Origin: Alphaproteobacteria bacterium
GTDB lineage: Bacteria; Pseudomonadota; Alphaproteobacteria; CASFRQ01; SAAU01
Assembly: GCA_009929265.1 (NCBI GenBank)
Contig: SAAU01000003.1
Span: 17,531-81,530 of the forward strand
Reading direction: 5' to 3'
DNA length: 64,000 nucleotides
The notes under the pieces were generated by a model. That model searched no databases. It worked only from the letters and a program-made list of their open reading frames with translations, and was not told the origin of the DNA. Position numbers and translations under genes: made by a program. This document shows positions 11,473-21,632 of this stretch, piece after piece. Positions within the stretch are counted from its first letter, which is position 1. Each line of letters opens with the position of its first letter.

Positions 11473-14400
11473 ATGGAAAACAAAAACGAAAATCTTTTAG
11501 ATAAAACGCCTTCTGAGGATACAGAAAATCAAGATTCTCTTACGGATGAACTTCTTAAAGAAGAAGACATTATCGATTTGGGAAATGAAAAATCCCTCAA
11601 AGAAGATGAAATTGATGAATCTTCCATTTTTGATGTTTCTCTTTTGAATAAAGAAGAAGAGCAAAAGAAAAAATCTGAAGATGATTTTGAATACGACACC
11701 GACCTTCTTGAAGACACCCCTATTGTCAAAGATGAAATGCCGCTTCCTTCTTTAAATGAACCCCTTGATCCCTCTATTGAAGAAGAAACTCCTATTTCAG
11801 AGGAAATCCCTACCGATGAAGATCTTTCTAAAGAAGAAACACCTACTGACGAAGAAACTGCTGAGGATGAAACCCCTGTTGAGGAGGATGAAGTTTCTGA
11901 AAAAACACCTGTTGAGAAGGAAGCACCAGCTGAGGATGAAGCCCCTGTTGACGAAGAACCTTCTGTCGATAATGAAGCCCCAGCTGAGGATGAAACACCT
12001 GAAGAAGACATTTCTTTAGATGAAGAAAGCATTTTGGAAGTCCCTTCCTCAAAAGGACCTATTGGTCCTCCACGCGCACATTCATTTGAAAAAAAGGACG
12101 TTGAAGGAGAAGAAAACCCTTCCGATATTTTAGAGGGGGCCCCTTTACAAGATGAGGAGGAAAAAGAAGAGGTTATCTCTGTTCCTAAAAACGAAGTTTA
12201 TGAAGTTGTCACGCCTTCCATTTTAAACACAGGAACGAAAAACGGCAAAAATACAAAAAGAAGACGGGTTGTTATTCAAACGACTTGTCCTGTTCAAAAT
12301 AAAGCTCCTCTTTTAGCTCAATTTTCAAGAACTTTTAAGTGGTATCTTCTCTTCCCTTTAGCAGGTCTTGGAATTATTTTTCTTGTTGGCGCTTTGGTTC
12401 TATACCTTTCAACGCCGCATTTTGTAAACAACTTTATGAAACGACAACTTCCAAATATTAGCTATACATTGGATTCGCACAGCTATAGCATGTTGGTCTT
12501 TAAAAATATTTCAGATAAATCTAAGGTCTTAAAAGCCGATAAAATTATCGTTTCTTATAATCTGTTTGATATTTTCTCAAGACGGGTGCAATCCATTGAA
12601 ATTAAAAATATTTCCGTTCCTATTAGCGGGATTTCTAAAGATTATTCCATTTACGCAGGAGAACTGCCAAAAATCTTGAAATCTCTTACAGATAAAGAAA
12701 AGGGCCTTTCTATCAGCTCTATTACGTTCTCTTCTTCAAAAGGGCTTCTTTCTTTAGAAGGAACAGATATTCCTTTCTCTTTTTCTGCAACAGGACAAAT
12801 GAAAGGCATCCCTCAATTCCACATTCCCTTTAGCTTTAAGGAAAAAAATGTGGATGTAAAAGACGGATTTTTAACCTTAACGCAACTTTCAGATAAAACA
12901 AATTTGGATTTCAAGATAAAAGGAGGAAATGTTGTTTTAAATAAAAAACCTTATAATTTCTCTGGCACAGTTCAAATGGAAATTGCGCCAAATGCTTTAA
13001 TTAAAACAGTGACATTCAACTTCAAAACAGAAGATGATTTCTTGTTAAAAGCCACTCTTTACCCCACATTAGAAGGGGAAAAAGTTTATAATTTTGAGGC
13101 TTCTTTAAAAGGGAGTTATTACGAAAAAAAATTCTTTAAGACAAAAATGCCTTTTGCTTTAACGGCCTCTTTAAAGAACATTTCTTTTTCGGAAAATCTA
13201 GATAAAATTTATTCTAATTCATCTTTGTTAATTTCTGGAGAAAACCTTGAATATAAAAATATGTTCGCTAAAAAAGCACAACTTCTCTTGAATGGACTTT
13301 TCCTTTGTGAAAAAAAGAAAGATTGTTTTTACACATTAAGTCAGGAACATGTTTCAAAAATTGGGTTAACAGAAATTTTTGTTAAAACAAAAGATGCCAT
13401 TCTTCGGACACGCTCTTCTTTTGTTTCTGAGATTGAACCTGCAAAAGATGGGAAACCCCTCTTTGCCTCTAATGGAAAAAATTTGGCCTTAAACGGGGTA
13501 TTAAAATCAATTGCCTTAAAAGGAGAAGCCCTTAGCTTTTCAGAAAAAGACGCCTTTGATTCTCTTATTCGCGGCTTATCTTTTAACTTAATTGCCGAAG
13601 ATAACTTTGTTCTTTCCTCTTCAGATTTTAATTTTGCCAATGCGCAAATTTCAATTATGAATGGACAATTTAATCTTTCCTCTAAAGGAAAAGAAAAAAC
13701 CTTGATGTTCAACGCGCCAAAAATAGAACTTGCCGATAAATCTGTTTTGAAAGACCCGTTTTCCCTTTCTTTCTCAACGAATACGAAAAGAAATGTTCTA
13801 TTTTCTGCTCAAACCCCTTATGTTCAAATGCAAGGCAATGGCGTCATTCGAAAAGATTACAGATCTGCTTTGTTGAACTTTAAGACCAACTCTATCACTT
13901 TTGAAAAAAACCTTGAACCTGTCCTTATTTCTCCTGAATTTGATTTTCTTAAAAAAGGAGTTTCTGGTCGCGTTTATGGCACAGGAACGGTCTTAGCAAC
14001 TTCAAGAAAAATCTTCCCTAAAAAACTTTCTTTGATTGTTGATTCTGGTTTGAATTTTTCCTTTGAAAATTGGAACTTTAAACAGCTTAAGGGGAATTTT
14101 GATTTCTTACATTTGTCCCCTTTGACAACCTCCAACGAACAAAAAGCTTTTATTGGACAAATTAACTATGATCCTTTTACCTTTAGTAATATCCAAATGA
14201 ATTATGAAGTTGATGGAAAAAATGGGTTGATTAAACTTAAAGACCTCTCTCTTAATTTAAAAGGGTATCCAACTTTCTTGAAAGAAGGAAATATCTCTTA
14301 CCAATTCGTAGGGGCCCCTCTTGTTTTGAAATTTAAATCTGTAGAAGAACGTCTGATGGAATATTTCAATACAGAAGAAAGAAAATTAAAAGCCTCTGAA

Positions 14401-14694
14401 TTGAACGCAGATTTCTCTTTCCAAATCAAAAATGATGTCCTTTCTTTATTGAAGATTGAACTTTATTCGGCTCAAAAGATTTCTCTTTCCTTAACGGGAA
14501 AAAAGCCTTCTCTCTTAAACGTTTCTGATTTTGAATTTTTGAAAGATGTCAAATTCAAACAAGTTGAACTTAGACCTCTTGCCGATAAAAAAAGCTTTTT
14601 AATGAGCTTTCCGGAAAAGAAAGACATCAACGGACGCATCATTTCAATCAAGCTTCCACTTAAGCTTTTGAATGACTTCTTTAGGGCAAAATAG
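11473..14694 (+). CDS. Large membrane-anchored protein: acidic Glu/Asp/Pro/Thr tandem-repeat N-terminus (~280 aa), single TM helix, ~770-aa beta-rich periplasmic domain (AsmA/TamB-like by inference)
   Basis: Start chosen at MENKNEN after a GGGAAAC RBS. The ORF-track start at 11404 overlaps the ligA stop. Repeats of the form EETP..EE / AEDE(A/T)PV.EE are followed by WYLLFPLAGLGIIFLVGALVLYL (TM) and then a long hydrophilic beta-rich region. Confidence 0.4.
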   Translation: MENKNENLLDKTPSEDTENQDSLTDELLKEEDIIDLGNEKSLKEDEIDESSIFDVSLLNKEEEQKKKSEDDFEYDTDLLEDTPIVKDEMPLPSLNEPLDPSIEEETPISEEIPTDEDLSKEETPTDEETAEDETPVEEDEVSEKTPVEKEAPAEDEAPVDEEPSVDNEAPAEDETPEEDISLDEESILEVPSSKGPIGPPRAHSFEKKDVEGEENPSDILEGAPLQDEEEKEEVISVPKNEVYEVVTPSILNTGTKNGKNTKRRRVVIQTTCPVQNKAPLLAQFSRTFKWYLLFPLAGLGIIFLVGALVLYLSTPHFVNNFMKRQLPNISYTLDSHSYSMLVFKNISDKSKVLKADKIIVSYNLFDIFSRRVQSIEIKNISVPISGISKDYSIYAGELPKILKSLTDKEKGLSISSITFSSSKGLLSLEGTDIPFSFSATGQMKGIPQFHIPFSFKEKNVDVKDGFLTLTQLSDKTNLDFKIKGGNVVLNKKPYNFSGTVQMEIAPNALIKTVTFNFKTEDDFLLKATLYPTLEGEKVYNFEASLKGSYYEKKFFKTKMPFALTASLKNISFSENLDKIYSNSSLLISGENLEYKNMFAKKAQLLLNGLFLCEKKKDCFYTLSQEHVSKIGLTEIFVKTKDAILRTRSSFVSEIEPAKDGKPLFASNGKNLALNGVLKSIALKGEALSFSEKDAFDSLIRGLSFNLIAEDNFVLSSSDFNFANAQISIMNGQFNLSSKGKEKTLMFNAPKIELADKSVLKDPFSLSFSTNTKRNVLFSAQTPYVQMQGNGVIRKDYRSALLNFKTNSITFEKNLEPVLISPEFDFLKKGVSGRVYGTGTVLATSRKIFPKKLSLIVDSGLNFSFENWNFKQLKGNFDFLHLSPLTTSNEQKAFIGQINYDPFTFSNIQMNYEVDGKNGLIKLKDLSLNLKGYPTFLKEGNISYQFVGAPLVLKFKSVEERLMEYFNTEERKLKASELNADFSFQIKNDVLSLLKIELYSAQKISLSLTGKKPSLLNVSDFEFLKDVKFKQVELRPLADKKSFLMSFPEKKDINGRIISIKLPLKLLNDFFRAK
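11790..12010 (+). repeat. Imperfect in-frame tandem DNA repeats (unit about 54-66 nt, core gctgaggatgaa(a/g)cccctgttga) encoding the acidic repeat region
   Basis: Near-identical cores occur at about 11860, 11928 and 11981, with related gaagaaac(t/a)cct units upstream. Confidence 0.5.
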
Positions 14695-14718
14695 TTTTTT
14701 ATAAAAGGAATATCGCGG

Positions 14719-16329
14719 ATGATATTAAAGGAATTAACCCCCTCTCAAGCAAAAGGATTTGAACTGGTTTATCCTCTTTTTGTTCAAGGAACTTTTATCG
14801 AAAATGGACGCCCATTAACCGAAGGAGATATGTTTCTTTTGAAAGAAGCTGGCATTACATCCATCTTGGCGGTTAAATCTGAAAAAGATGAGCTTTCCCA
14901 GAATATGGCGTGCGAAATTTTGGCCAATGAAATTATTGGATTAAACACTTATTGGACCCCTCCATTAAATGGATTATTAAAAATATACGCAGCAGATAAA
15001 GGAATTTTAAATGTCTCCAGAAAACGGCTTGAACGCTTTAATGAAAAAAATGAGACTTTAATTTTAACCACAAAAACACCTTTTCAAATGGTTGAAAAAG
15101 ATGAACTTATCGCAACGCTTTACATTTCCCCTCCCTACCTTTCAAAGCAAAGTATCGAATCTTATATCTTGAAACTTTCAGGATTGAGCTCTCTCATCAA
15201 AATCAATCCGTTAAAGGAAAAAACTTTTTCTTTTTTAAGAACAACTTTTTCCAGTTTTTCGGAAGAAAAGCAGAAAAATTTTGTAAAAATAATTGAAAAG
15301 AAAATCTCCTCTTATAAAGGAAGCCTCTCTCATTTTGAAATTTGTTCACATACGATAGACGAAGTAGAACGTCAGTTGGAATTTTTGCTTGATGATACGC
15401 CTGATTCATATTTGTTTATTTCGGGGGCTTTTCCAAGCATTCATCAAAACGATGTTATTCCTCAAGCCCTTCATAATAAAGGGGCAGATATTGAAACCTT
15501 TAATATTCCGATTTATCCGGGGTTTCATTTGGTTAAGGCCTCTTTTGGAAGCAAGCAAATCTATATTCTTCCTGAGGATATTGAAAAAAGCGAACAAAAC
15601 TCATTCGACTTTCTTTTACGTATGATAAGTTCTGAAATTCCAATAGATGAATCTTTTCTTAGAGGACTCTGTGTAGGGGGACTATTAGAAAAATCTATCA
15701 ATACGAATCAAACTCTAAAAAGAACACATAGAACGGTAAAAACAACAACGAATATCGGTGTGTTAATCTTAGCTGGAGGGCTTTCTAAGAGATCTCTAAA
15801 AGGCAATAAACTTCTTCTGCGACATCAAGGAAAAAGCCTTATCCAAAGAACGGTTCAAAATGCGATAAAATCCAAAGCTTCTCTTGTTTTAACCGTCACG
15901 GGCTTTGAAGCAGGTTTAATTGAAAAAGAGCTTGCTTCGCTTGACACACGGTGCATTTTCAACCCAAATTTTGAAGAAGGCGTTTCCCGTTCTATTTCTT
16001 TGGCAAATAACTTTTTTCCAAAAGAAATTGATGGGGTTCTTATTCTTCCAGGCGATATGCCCTGTTTTGATGAAAAGGCGATAAATACACTTATTGAGGC
16101 TTTTGAATCTGACAAAATCATCATTCCAACTGAAGGAGGATTAAGACATAATCCTGTCCTTTGGTCTCGACTCTTCTTGAAAAATAGCCTTCTTTTAAAC
16201 GAATTTCCTTCTATTAAGCAAATCTTTCCAACTTTAGAAAAGAATATTAAAGAAATTGAAATGAAAAAAGAAGATATTTTCTTTGATTTGAATACGCTTG
16301 GGGATTTTGATAAATTTTTAGAAAAATAA
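14719..16329 (+). CDS. Two-domain protein: C-terminal MobA-like NTP-transferase (nucleotidyltransferase) fused to a ~330-aa N-terminal domain (possibly molybdopterin-binding/MoeA-like)
   Basis: The C-terminal ~200 aa read GVLILAGGLSKRSLKGNKLLL...ILPGDMPCF, typical of the MobA/MocA family. The N-terminal domain has no motif I can name with certainty. Confidence 0.4.
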   Translation: MILKELTPSQAKGFELVYPLFVQGTFIENGRPLTEGDMFLLKEAGITSILAVKSEKDELSQNMACEILANEIIGLNTYWTPPLNGLLKIYAADKGILNVSRKRLERFNEKNETLILTTKTPFQMVEKDELIATLYISPPYLSKQSIESYILKLSGLSSLIKINPLKEKTFSFLRTTFSSFSEEKQKNFVKIIEKKISSYKGSLSHFEICSHTIDEVERQLEFLLDDTPDSYLFISGAFPSIHQNDVIPQALHNKGADIETFNIPIYPGFHLVKASFGSKQIYILPEDIEKSEQNSFDFLLRMISSEIPIDESFLRGLCVGGLLEKSINTNQTLKRTHRTVKTTTNIGVLILAGGLSKRSLKGNKLLLRHQGKSLIQRTVQNAIKSKASLVLTVTGFEAGLIEKELASLDTRCIFNPNFEEGVSRSISLANNFFPKEIDGVLILPGDMPCFDEKAINTLIEAFESDKIIIPTEGGLRHNPVLWSRLFLKNSLLLNEFPSIKQIFPTLEKNIKEIEMKKEDIFFDLNTLGDFDKFLEK

Positions 16330-16414
16330 TCGTTTTTTTTCAAAAAAAGCATTGAATCTTTTATACGTTTTCCTATAATAGAAACGTTAGTTAAAATTTA
16401 TGGGGGATTTTATT

Positions 16415-16627
16415 ATGACTAAGAAAAAAACTGAAGAAGAAATCAGGGTTGCTGCCTATTACATTTGGGAAAAGAAAGGCTGCCCAGATAATTCTGACTT
16501 TGATAACTGGATTGAAGCTTTAGATAAAGGGCTTTGTGATTGCGGCGAAGAATGCACATGCAAAGAATCTGTTAAAGCAAAGACCCTTACAAAGGCTCCT
16601 AAAAAAGTTAAAAAAGCCAAAAAATAA
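16415..16627 (+). CDS. DUF2934-family small protein with a Cys cluster (CDCGEECTC) and lysine-rich tail
   Basis: [36 protein letters not shown] matches the DUF2934 signature common in alphaproteobacteria. A GGGGGA RBS precedes the ATG at 16415. Confidence 0.5.
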   Translation: MTKKKTEEEIRVAAYYIWEKKGCPDNSDFDNWIEALDKGLCDCGEECTCKESVKAKTLTKAPKKVKKAKK

Positions 16628-16708
16628 CTTATATACAACTTAAAAAAGTCTTCTTTGATTTCTAAAGGAGATTTTTTTATTTTGAAATAAGGTTTTACAA
16701 AAAAACAC

Positions 16709-16737
16709 TTGAAAACATTTCAAAATGGTGTATATAT
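16709..16737 (+). promoter_or_regulatory. Putative sigma70-type promoter upstream of rpsF-rpsR-rplI
   Basis: TTGAAA, a 16-17 nt spacer, then TATATA, about 100 nt upstream of rpsF. Confidence 0.3.
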
Positions 16738-16837
16738 AGGACTTCCGAACTCCTTGCTAGGAACGGACTAGCTATATTTTAGGCTGCTTTTTATGGTAAA
16801 GGGCAGTTGTTAAAATGAGAATCCATAAGGGGAAAAC

Positions 16838-17206
16838 ATGTCTTTTTATGAAACTACATTTATAGCACGTCAAGACTTAACTCCTAATTCTGTCGAAGAA
16901 TTGGCTGATAAATATACAGCTCTTCTCTCCGAATTGAATGGGAAAGTCACAAAACGTGAAAACTGGGGACTTAGAGTCCTTGCTTACAAAATCAATAAAA
17001 ACCGTAAAGGGTATTATATGTTTATGAATATTGATGCTCCAGCGGATGCCATCAAAGAAATGGAACGTCAAATGCGTTTTGACGAAAACATTTTAAGAAC
17101 ATTAACTCTTAAAGTTGATACTTTAGAAGAAGGTCCTTCTGCGATGCTTGTTCCTAAGGGAAGAAGATCTCAGAGACAATTCGAAGATAATGGAAGCGAG
17201 GAATAA
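16838..17206 (+). CDS. rpsF: 30S ribosomal protein S6
   Basis: [14 protein letters not shown]...[25 protein letters not shown], with an AAGGGGAAA RBS. Confidence 0.9.
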   Translation: MSFYETTFIARQDLTPNSVEELADKYTALLSELNGKVTKRENWGLRVLAYKINKNRKGYYMFMNIDAPADAIKEMERQMRFDENILRTLTLKVDTLEEGPSAMLVPKGRRSQRQFEDNGSEE

Positions 17207-17207
17207 A

Positions 17208-17429
17208 ATGGAAAAAACATATCGTTCTTACAAATCTTGCCCGTTTTCAGGCAAAGATGCTCCAAAAATCGATTATAAAGATATCAAATTATTACAACGC
17301 TTCATTTCAGAAAGAGGAAAAATGCTTCCAAGTCGCATAACTTTTGTTTGCGCAAAGAAACAAAGAGAGTTGGCAAAAGCCATTAAACGCGCTCGTTTCT
17401 TAGCACTTCTTCCTTATGTTGCAGATTAA
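17208..17429 (+). CDS. rpsR: 30S ribosomal protein S18
   Basis: [70 protein letters not shown]. The start lies 2 nt after the rpsF stop. Confidence 0.9.
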   Translation: MEKTYRSYKSCPFSGKDAPKIDYKDIKLLQRFISERGKMLPSRITFVCAKKQRELAKAIKRARFLALLPYVAD

Positions 17430-17441
17430 GAGGAGAATGTT

Positions 17442-18014
17442 ATGAAAGTTATTTTATTAGAACGTATCGAGAAACTAGGAAAAACAGGCGATGTCGTTGA
17501 AGTTAAAAACGGCTATGCACGTAATTTCTTACTTTCCCAAAAGAAAGCTTTGCGTTCCAACAAAGAAAATATGGCTTTATTTGAAGCCCAAAAGAAAGAA
17601 ATTGAAGCAAGAAATGCTGAAACATTAAAAGATGCTCAGGAAATGGCGAAAAAAATGGAAGGAATTTCTTTAATTCTTATCCGTCAAGCCTCAGAACAAG
17701 GGCAACTTTACGGATCTGTCACAGGTCGCGATATTGTTTCTGAATTGAAAGATAAAGGCTACAGCGTTTCACGTTCTCAAGTCGACTTAACACGTCCTAT
17801 CAAGGATATTGGGGTCTTCTCAGTGAAAATGATTTTATACCCAGACGTCTATCAAGATATTGAAATCACGATTGCACGTTCTGAAGCAGACGCTAAAAAA
17901 GTTTTAAACGCTCATAAAAAAGCGCTTGAAACAAAAGCCGACGAACAAGAAGTTAAAGAAGAAGTTAAAGAACTTCCTACAGAAGAATCTAAAGAGGAAT
18001 CTAAAGAAGCTTAA
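17442..18014 (+). CDS. rplI: 50S ribosomal protein L9 with acidic C-terminal extension
   Basis: MKVILLERIEKLGKTGDVVEVKNGYARNFLL. An AGGAGA RBS sits upstream. Confidence 0.85.
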   Translation: MKVILLERIEKLGKTGDVVEVKNGYARNFLLSQKKALRSNKENMALFEAQKKEIEARNAETLKDAQEMAKKMEGISLILIRQASEQGQLYGSVTGRDIVSELKDKGYSVSRSQVDLTRPIKDIGVFSVKMILYPDVYQDIEITIARSEADAKKVLNAHKKALETKADEQEVKEEVKELPTEESKEESKEA

Positions 18015-18035
18015 CTTTCTTTACAAAATTAAAAA

Positions 18036-18068
18036 AGAGGAGGATTTATTCCCCCTCTTTTTTTTATA
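18036..18068 (+). terminator. Rho-independent terminator after rplI
   Basis: Hairpin agaggagg-atttatt-ccccctct followed by T9. Confidence 0.55.
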
Positions 18069-18162
18069 AAAGAACACATCAAATAGTTTAAAAAATAAAT
18101 TGACTTTCTTTTTTTACAAGCATATATTTATGTCGTTGAAGTTTCAAAAAAAAGGATTAAAA

Positions 18163-18624
18163 ATGTCATACATTAAAAACACATTGTCAAAAGACGAAGA
18201 AATAAAGGAAGTAATTAAACTTCATTGGTCTAACTACATTATTACAGGATTTCTAACTTTTCTAGCTTTTTCATCTATTCTTATGTATTTTTTTGACAAA
18301 GAAATACAAAAAGACCCTAGTGGAAAAGTTGGCATATTTTTCATAATCATTTGGGCCTTATATGATTTTTTAAAATTATACAGAACGGAAATGGTTGTTA
18401 CAAACAAAAGAATTATCTGCAAAAAAGGAATTCTTAGTACTCGAACAGAAGAACTAAAAACAAAACAAATAGAATCTATTGAAATAAAACAATCTATTTT
18501 AGGACATCTTTTTGGATACGCAACCCTTTGGTTCTCTGGAACAGGGACATCAAAAGTAAAATTTGAATCCATTGAAAATCCATGGGCTATTAAAAGTCGA
18601 ATCGAATCTGTCATCGAAAATTAA
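18163..18624 (+). CDS. Membrane protein with bacterial PH domain (YdbS/YdbT-like)
   Basis: Two N-terminal TM helices are followed by ...VVTNKRIICKKGILSTRTEELKTKQIESIEI, which looks like a bPH_2-type domain. An AAAGGA RBS precedes the ATG at 18163. Confidence 0.45.
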   Translation: MSYIKNTLSKDEEIKEVIKLHWSNYIITGFLTFLAFSSILMYFFDKEIQKDPSGKVGIFFIIIWALYDFLKLYRTEMVVTNKRIICKKGILSTRTEELKTKQIESIEIKQSILGHLFGYATLWFSGTGTSKVKFESIENPWAIKSRIESVIEN

Positions 18625-18632
18625 GGAAACAG

Positions 18633-18660
18633 CGGTATATTTTTTATACCGCCTTTTTTT
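18633..18660. terminator. Bidirectional rho-independent terminator between convergent genes
   Basis: gcggtata-tttt-tataccgc is a perfect 8-bp stem, flanked by a T-run on the plus strand and an A/T-run on the minus strand. Confidence 0.55.
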
Positions 18661-18692
18661 AATTTTAACTTATTTTCATTCTATTTTAATGT

Positions 18693-19487
18693 TTATTTTT
18701 TTGAAAAAATCAGGCAGCGCACAATGCCACCATAATCTTTTCTTTGTCCTTCAAAACAAAGATTTTCTTTCGTCATTAAGGCTTTAACCTCCTCTTCTTG
18801 ATCTTGTCCAATTTCAAGAAAAATGCGCCCGTTTTCTTTCAACAATAGCGGAAGAAATTTACTCAGCTGACGATAACATTCTAAACCGTCTTCCCCGCCA
18901 TCTAAAGCTAACAGAGGGTCAAACCCTTTCACCTGTTCATCAAGGGTTTCAATATCCTCTCTTTTGATATAGGGCGGATTAGAAACAATCACATCAAATC
19001 CTTCTGGAAAAAGCTTAAGACATAGGGCGACAAAGGCCTCTTCTTGCCAACTGGCCTTCAAAAAGGACGAGTTCTTAAAAAGACAAGCATTTTCCGTTGC
19101 GATATGAAGAGCTTTTTCTGAGACATCCACTCCAAGGCCTTTGGCGTTCTTATATTCACTTAAAAGACTTAAAAGCAAACAACCACTGCCCGTTCCTAAA
19201 TCCAAAATAGAGGAAGAGGCGGCTTTATCTGGAAAAGATTTAAGAACTTCTTCAATTAAAACTTCGCTATCGGCTCTTGGATCCAAAACATCTTTTGACA
19301 CGTTTAATAAAAGCGACCAAAACCCTCTTTGCCCTAAGATTTTTGATAAAGGTTCCCCTGCCCGTCTTCGATTTAAAACCTTAAGCGGCGAAACTTTTTC
19401 TTGTTCTAAAATAAGACGTGCTTCGAGAAAAGGATTTTCAACAAAGGGAATTAAAGAAAGTTCTTTTATTAAATCTTTTCGTATCAT
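18693..19487 (-). CDS. prmC: Release-factor glutamine N5-methyltransferase
   Basis: SAM motif ([13 protein letters not shown]) and the NPPY catalytic motif (VSNPPYIK). There is a 4-nt overlap with prfA. Confidence 0.8.
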   Translation of the reverse strand: MIRKDLIKELSLIPFVENPFLEARLILEQEKVSPLKVLNRRRAGEPLSKILGQRGFWSLLLNVSKDVLDPRADSEVLIEEVLKSFPDKAASSSILDLGTGSGCLLLSLLSEYKNAKGLGVDVSEKALHIATENACLFKNSSFLKASWQEEAFVALCLKLFPEGFDVIVSNPPYIKREDIETLDEQVKGFDPLLALDGGEDGLECYRQLSKFLPLLLKENGRIFLEIGQDQEEEVKALMTKENLCFEGQRKDYGGIVRCLIFSKK

Positions 19488-20560
19488 CCGTTATTAAACG
19501 CCAAAAGTTTATCCATTTGATCTTGATGAATCAAGGCTTCCACAACTTCATCCAAAGCACTTCCATTCATCACATCTTCAATTTTGTAAAGCGTTAGATT
19601 GATTCTGTGATCCGTCACACGACCTTGTGGAAAGTTATAGGTTCTAATTCGCTCAGATCTATCGCCAGAGCCCACTTGAGAACGGCGTGCATCAGATCTT
19701 TCTTTATCTTTTTCTTGGCGTTCCTTATCATAAAGACGAGACCTTAAAATCGACATAGCCCTATCCTTATTTTTGAACTGAGAACGTTCATCTTGGCATT
19801 CTACAACCAACCCTGTCGGCAAATGGGTAATCCGAATAGCAGAATCTGTCTTGTTAACGTGCTGTCCGCCGGCGCCAGAGGAACGATAGGTATCAATCCT
19901 TAAATCCTTATCATTGATTTGAACATCCACCTCTTCGGCCTCTGGAAGGACAGCAACTGTCGCGGCCGATGTATGGACTCTACCCGAAGATTCCGTCGCA
20001 GGCACCCGTTGAACACGGTGAACCCCTGTTTCAAACTTTAATCTTGAGAAAACATTGGTGCCAGAGATTTTGGCAACAGCCTCTTTATAGCCGCCAATGC
20101 CAATTTCATTTGTGTTGACCACTTCAAAAGACCATCCTTTAACGGCAGCATAATGTTCATACATTCTAAATAAATCATATGCAAAAAGGGCAGCTTCATC
20201 CCCACCTGTTCCCGCACGAACTTCCAAAATCGCATTTTTTTCATCCGCCTCATCTTTGGGGAGAAGAAAAAACATCATTTTTTCTTCTAAGGCTTCATTT
20301 TTTTCTTTTAGAGCATAAAAATCATCTTCTGCCATTTTGCGAAGTTCTGCATCAAGAGAAGTATCTTCCTTCATTTCCTTGGCATCGTTCATTTCTTTTT
20401 GTAAAGAAAACCACTCTTTTCCAACGGAAACAATATCCTCCAACCCCGCCAATTCCTTAGAGAATTTCACGAAATCAGATCCATCCGTTGCTGTTGAAAG
20501 CAAAGCCGTTAATTCCTCATAACGCGTCATTAACGTCGTTAACTTTTCTGAAAAATTCAT
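19484..20560 (-). CDS. prfA: Peptide chain release factor 1
   Basis: GGQ motif ([23 protein letters not shown]) and PxT-type decoding region. 358 aa. Confidence 0.92.
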   Translation of the reverse strand: MNFSEKLTTLMTRYEELTALLSTATDGSDFVKFSKELAGLEDIVSVGKEWFSLQKEMNDAKEMKEDTSLDAELRKMAEDDFYALKEKNEALEEKMMFFLLPKDEADEKNAILEVRAGTGGDEAALFAYDLFRMYEHYAAVKGWSFEVVNTNEIGIGGYKEAVAKISGTNVFSRLKFETGVHRVQRVPATESSGRVHTSAATVAVLPEAEEVDVQINDKDLRIDTYRSSGAGGQHVNKTDSAIRITHLPTGLVVECQDERSQFKNKDRAMSILRSRLYDKERQEKDKERSDARRSQVGSGDRSERIRTYNFPQGRVTDHRINLTLYKIEDVMNGSALDEVVEALIHQDQMDKLLAFNNG

Positions 20561-20562
20561 AT

Positions 20563-21627
20563 TTATTCAACCTTTAATCTATCTTTTAAACTTTCTGGAG
20601 ATAAAAATACCCCACTATAAACAGCCCCTCTTTTTCCTAGAGGAGGATATTTTTTCCCATCAATAAAAATATCTAAGCCGCCTGCATTTCCTGTTTTTAG
20701 GAAATACTCTCCTTCTTTTGGAACGTAATAGCTATCCCCTTTTTTAAGGACCAAGGACAAAACAATCGTATCTTCTTGCGTAATTTCAACCCAAGAATCT
20801 TCCGTTGCAATCAACCAAATAGCAGCAGATTCCTTTGTTGTTCCATATGTACGGGAAGAGGGCTTTTCTTCCAAATCTTTCCGTAAAGACGCCACGTATT
20901 TCTTTTGAACTTTTTCCCCTTTTTGAAGCACTTCTTCTTTTGAGATATCTGGAACAAGAGGCGCCGGCTTAACTTCCTCTTTATCTTTCATAATTTCTGC
21001 GGGGACCTTCTCAGGGGTAAGATCTAATGGCTTTGGCGTTAAAACAAAATGCCAAAAAATATACACAAAGAAAAGTAAGAAAAAAGCCATTAACAAAACA
21101 CTTTTCGTCGGAAAAACAAATTGTTTTCTAATAACAGGAGGAAACATATCATTTTCTTTTTTCTTTAAGGTTGCCGTTTTTTGGCACAGACGCAAAACAA
21201 GTTCATCTGAATCTAACCTTAAGAAAGAAGCATACGTCCTTAAAAACCCATAGACATAGGTGACCGCAGGAAAAATCTTATAATTTTCATCCTCTAAAGC
21301 CTCTAAATATCTTAAACGAATACACAAACTGTCAGATATTTCTTCTAAAGAAATCCCCTTTTTCAAACGGGCTTCTTTTAGGATAATTCCTATCGGTTTT
21401 TCTTCAATTATTTCTTCTTTTTCAACCTCTTCACCTTCTGTTAAGCGGTCAATTTCTTTTTCTTCTTCTTTCATCTCACTTTTCTCAGTTTTTGAATAAA
21501 CCTTCTCTTTTTGGGAAGATTTTTTCTTAGATTTCTCCTCTTTTTTTGAAGACAAATCCTGTTTAACTTCTTCTACAATCTCGCTTTCCAAAGGGTCAAA
21601 TAAATCTTGTTTTTTCCGTATCATCAT
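20563..21627 (-). CDS. RodZ-like protein: HTH (XRE) domain - TM helix - DUF4115 C-terminal domain, with K/E-rich N-terminus
   Basis: [33 protein letters not shown] is an [20 protein letters not shown] is a TM helix. The domain order matches RodZ. Confidence 0.5.
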   Translation of the reverse strand: MMIRKKQDLFDPLESEIVEEVKQDLSSKKEEKSKKKSSQKEKVYSKTEKSEMKEEEKEIDRLTEGEEVEKEEIIEEKPIGIILKEARLKKGISLEEISDSLCIRLRYLEALEDENYKIFPAVTYVYGFLRTYASFLRLDSDELVLRLCQKTATLKKKENDMFPPVIRKQFVFPTKSVLLMAFFLLFFVYIFWHFVLTPKPLDLTPEKVPAEIMKDKEEVKPAPLVPDISKEEVLQKGEKVQKKYVASLRKDLEEKPSSRTYGTTKESAAIWLIATEDSWVEITQEDTIVLSLVLKKGDSYYVPKEGEYFLKTGNAGGLDIFIDGKKYPPLGKRGAVYSGVFLSPESLKDRLKVE

Positions 21628-21632
21628 TTTTC

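Noticed and set aside
11529-12032. 167-aa Ser-rich ORF on the minus strand (and the 11756..12019 and 11843..12052 ORFs)
   Set aside because: These are antisense to the acidic-repeat region of the large 11473-14694 gene. The Ser-rich translation is the mirror image of the GAA/GAT-rich repeats, so these are frame artefacts.
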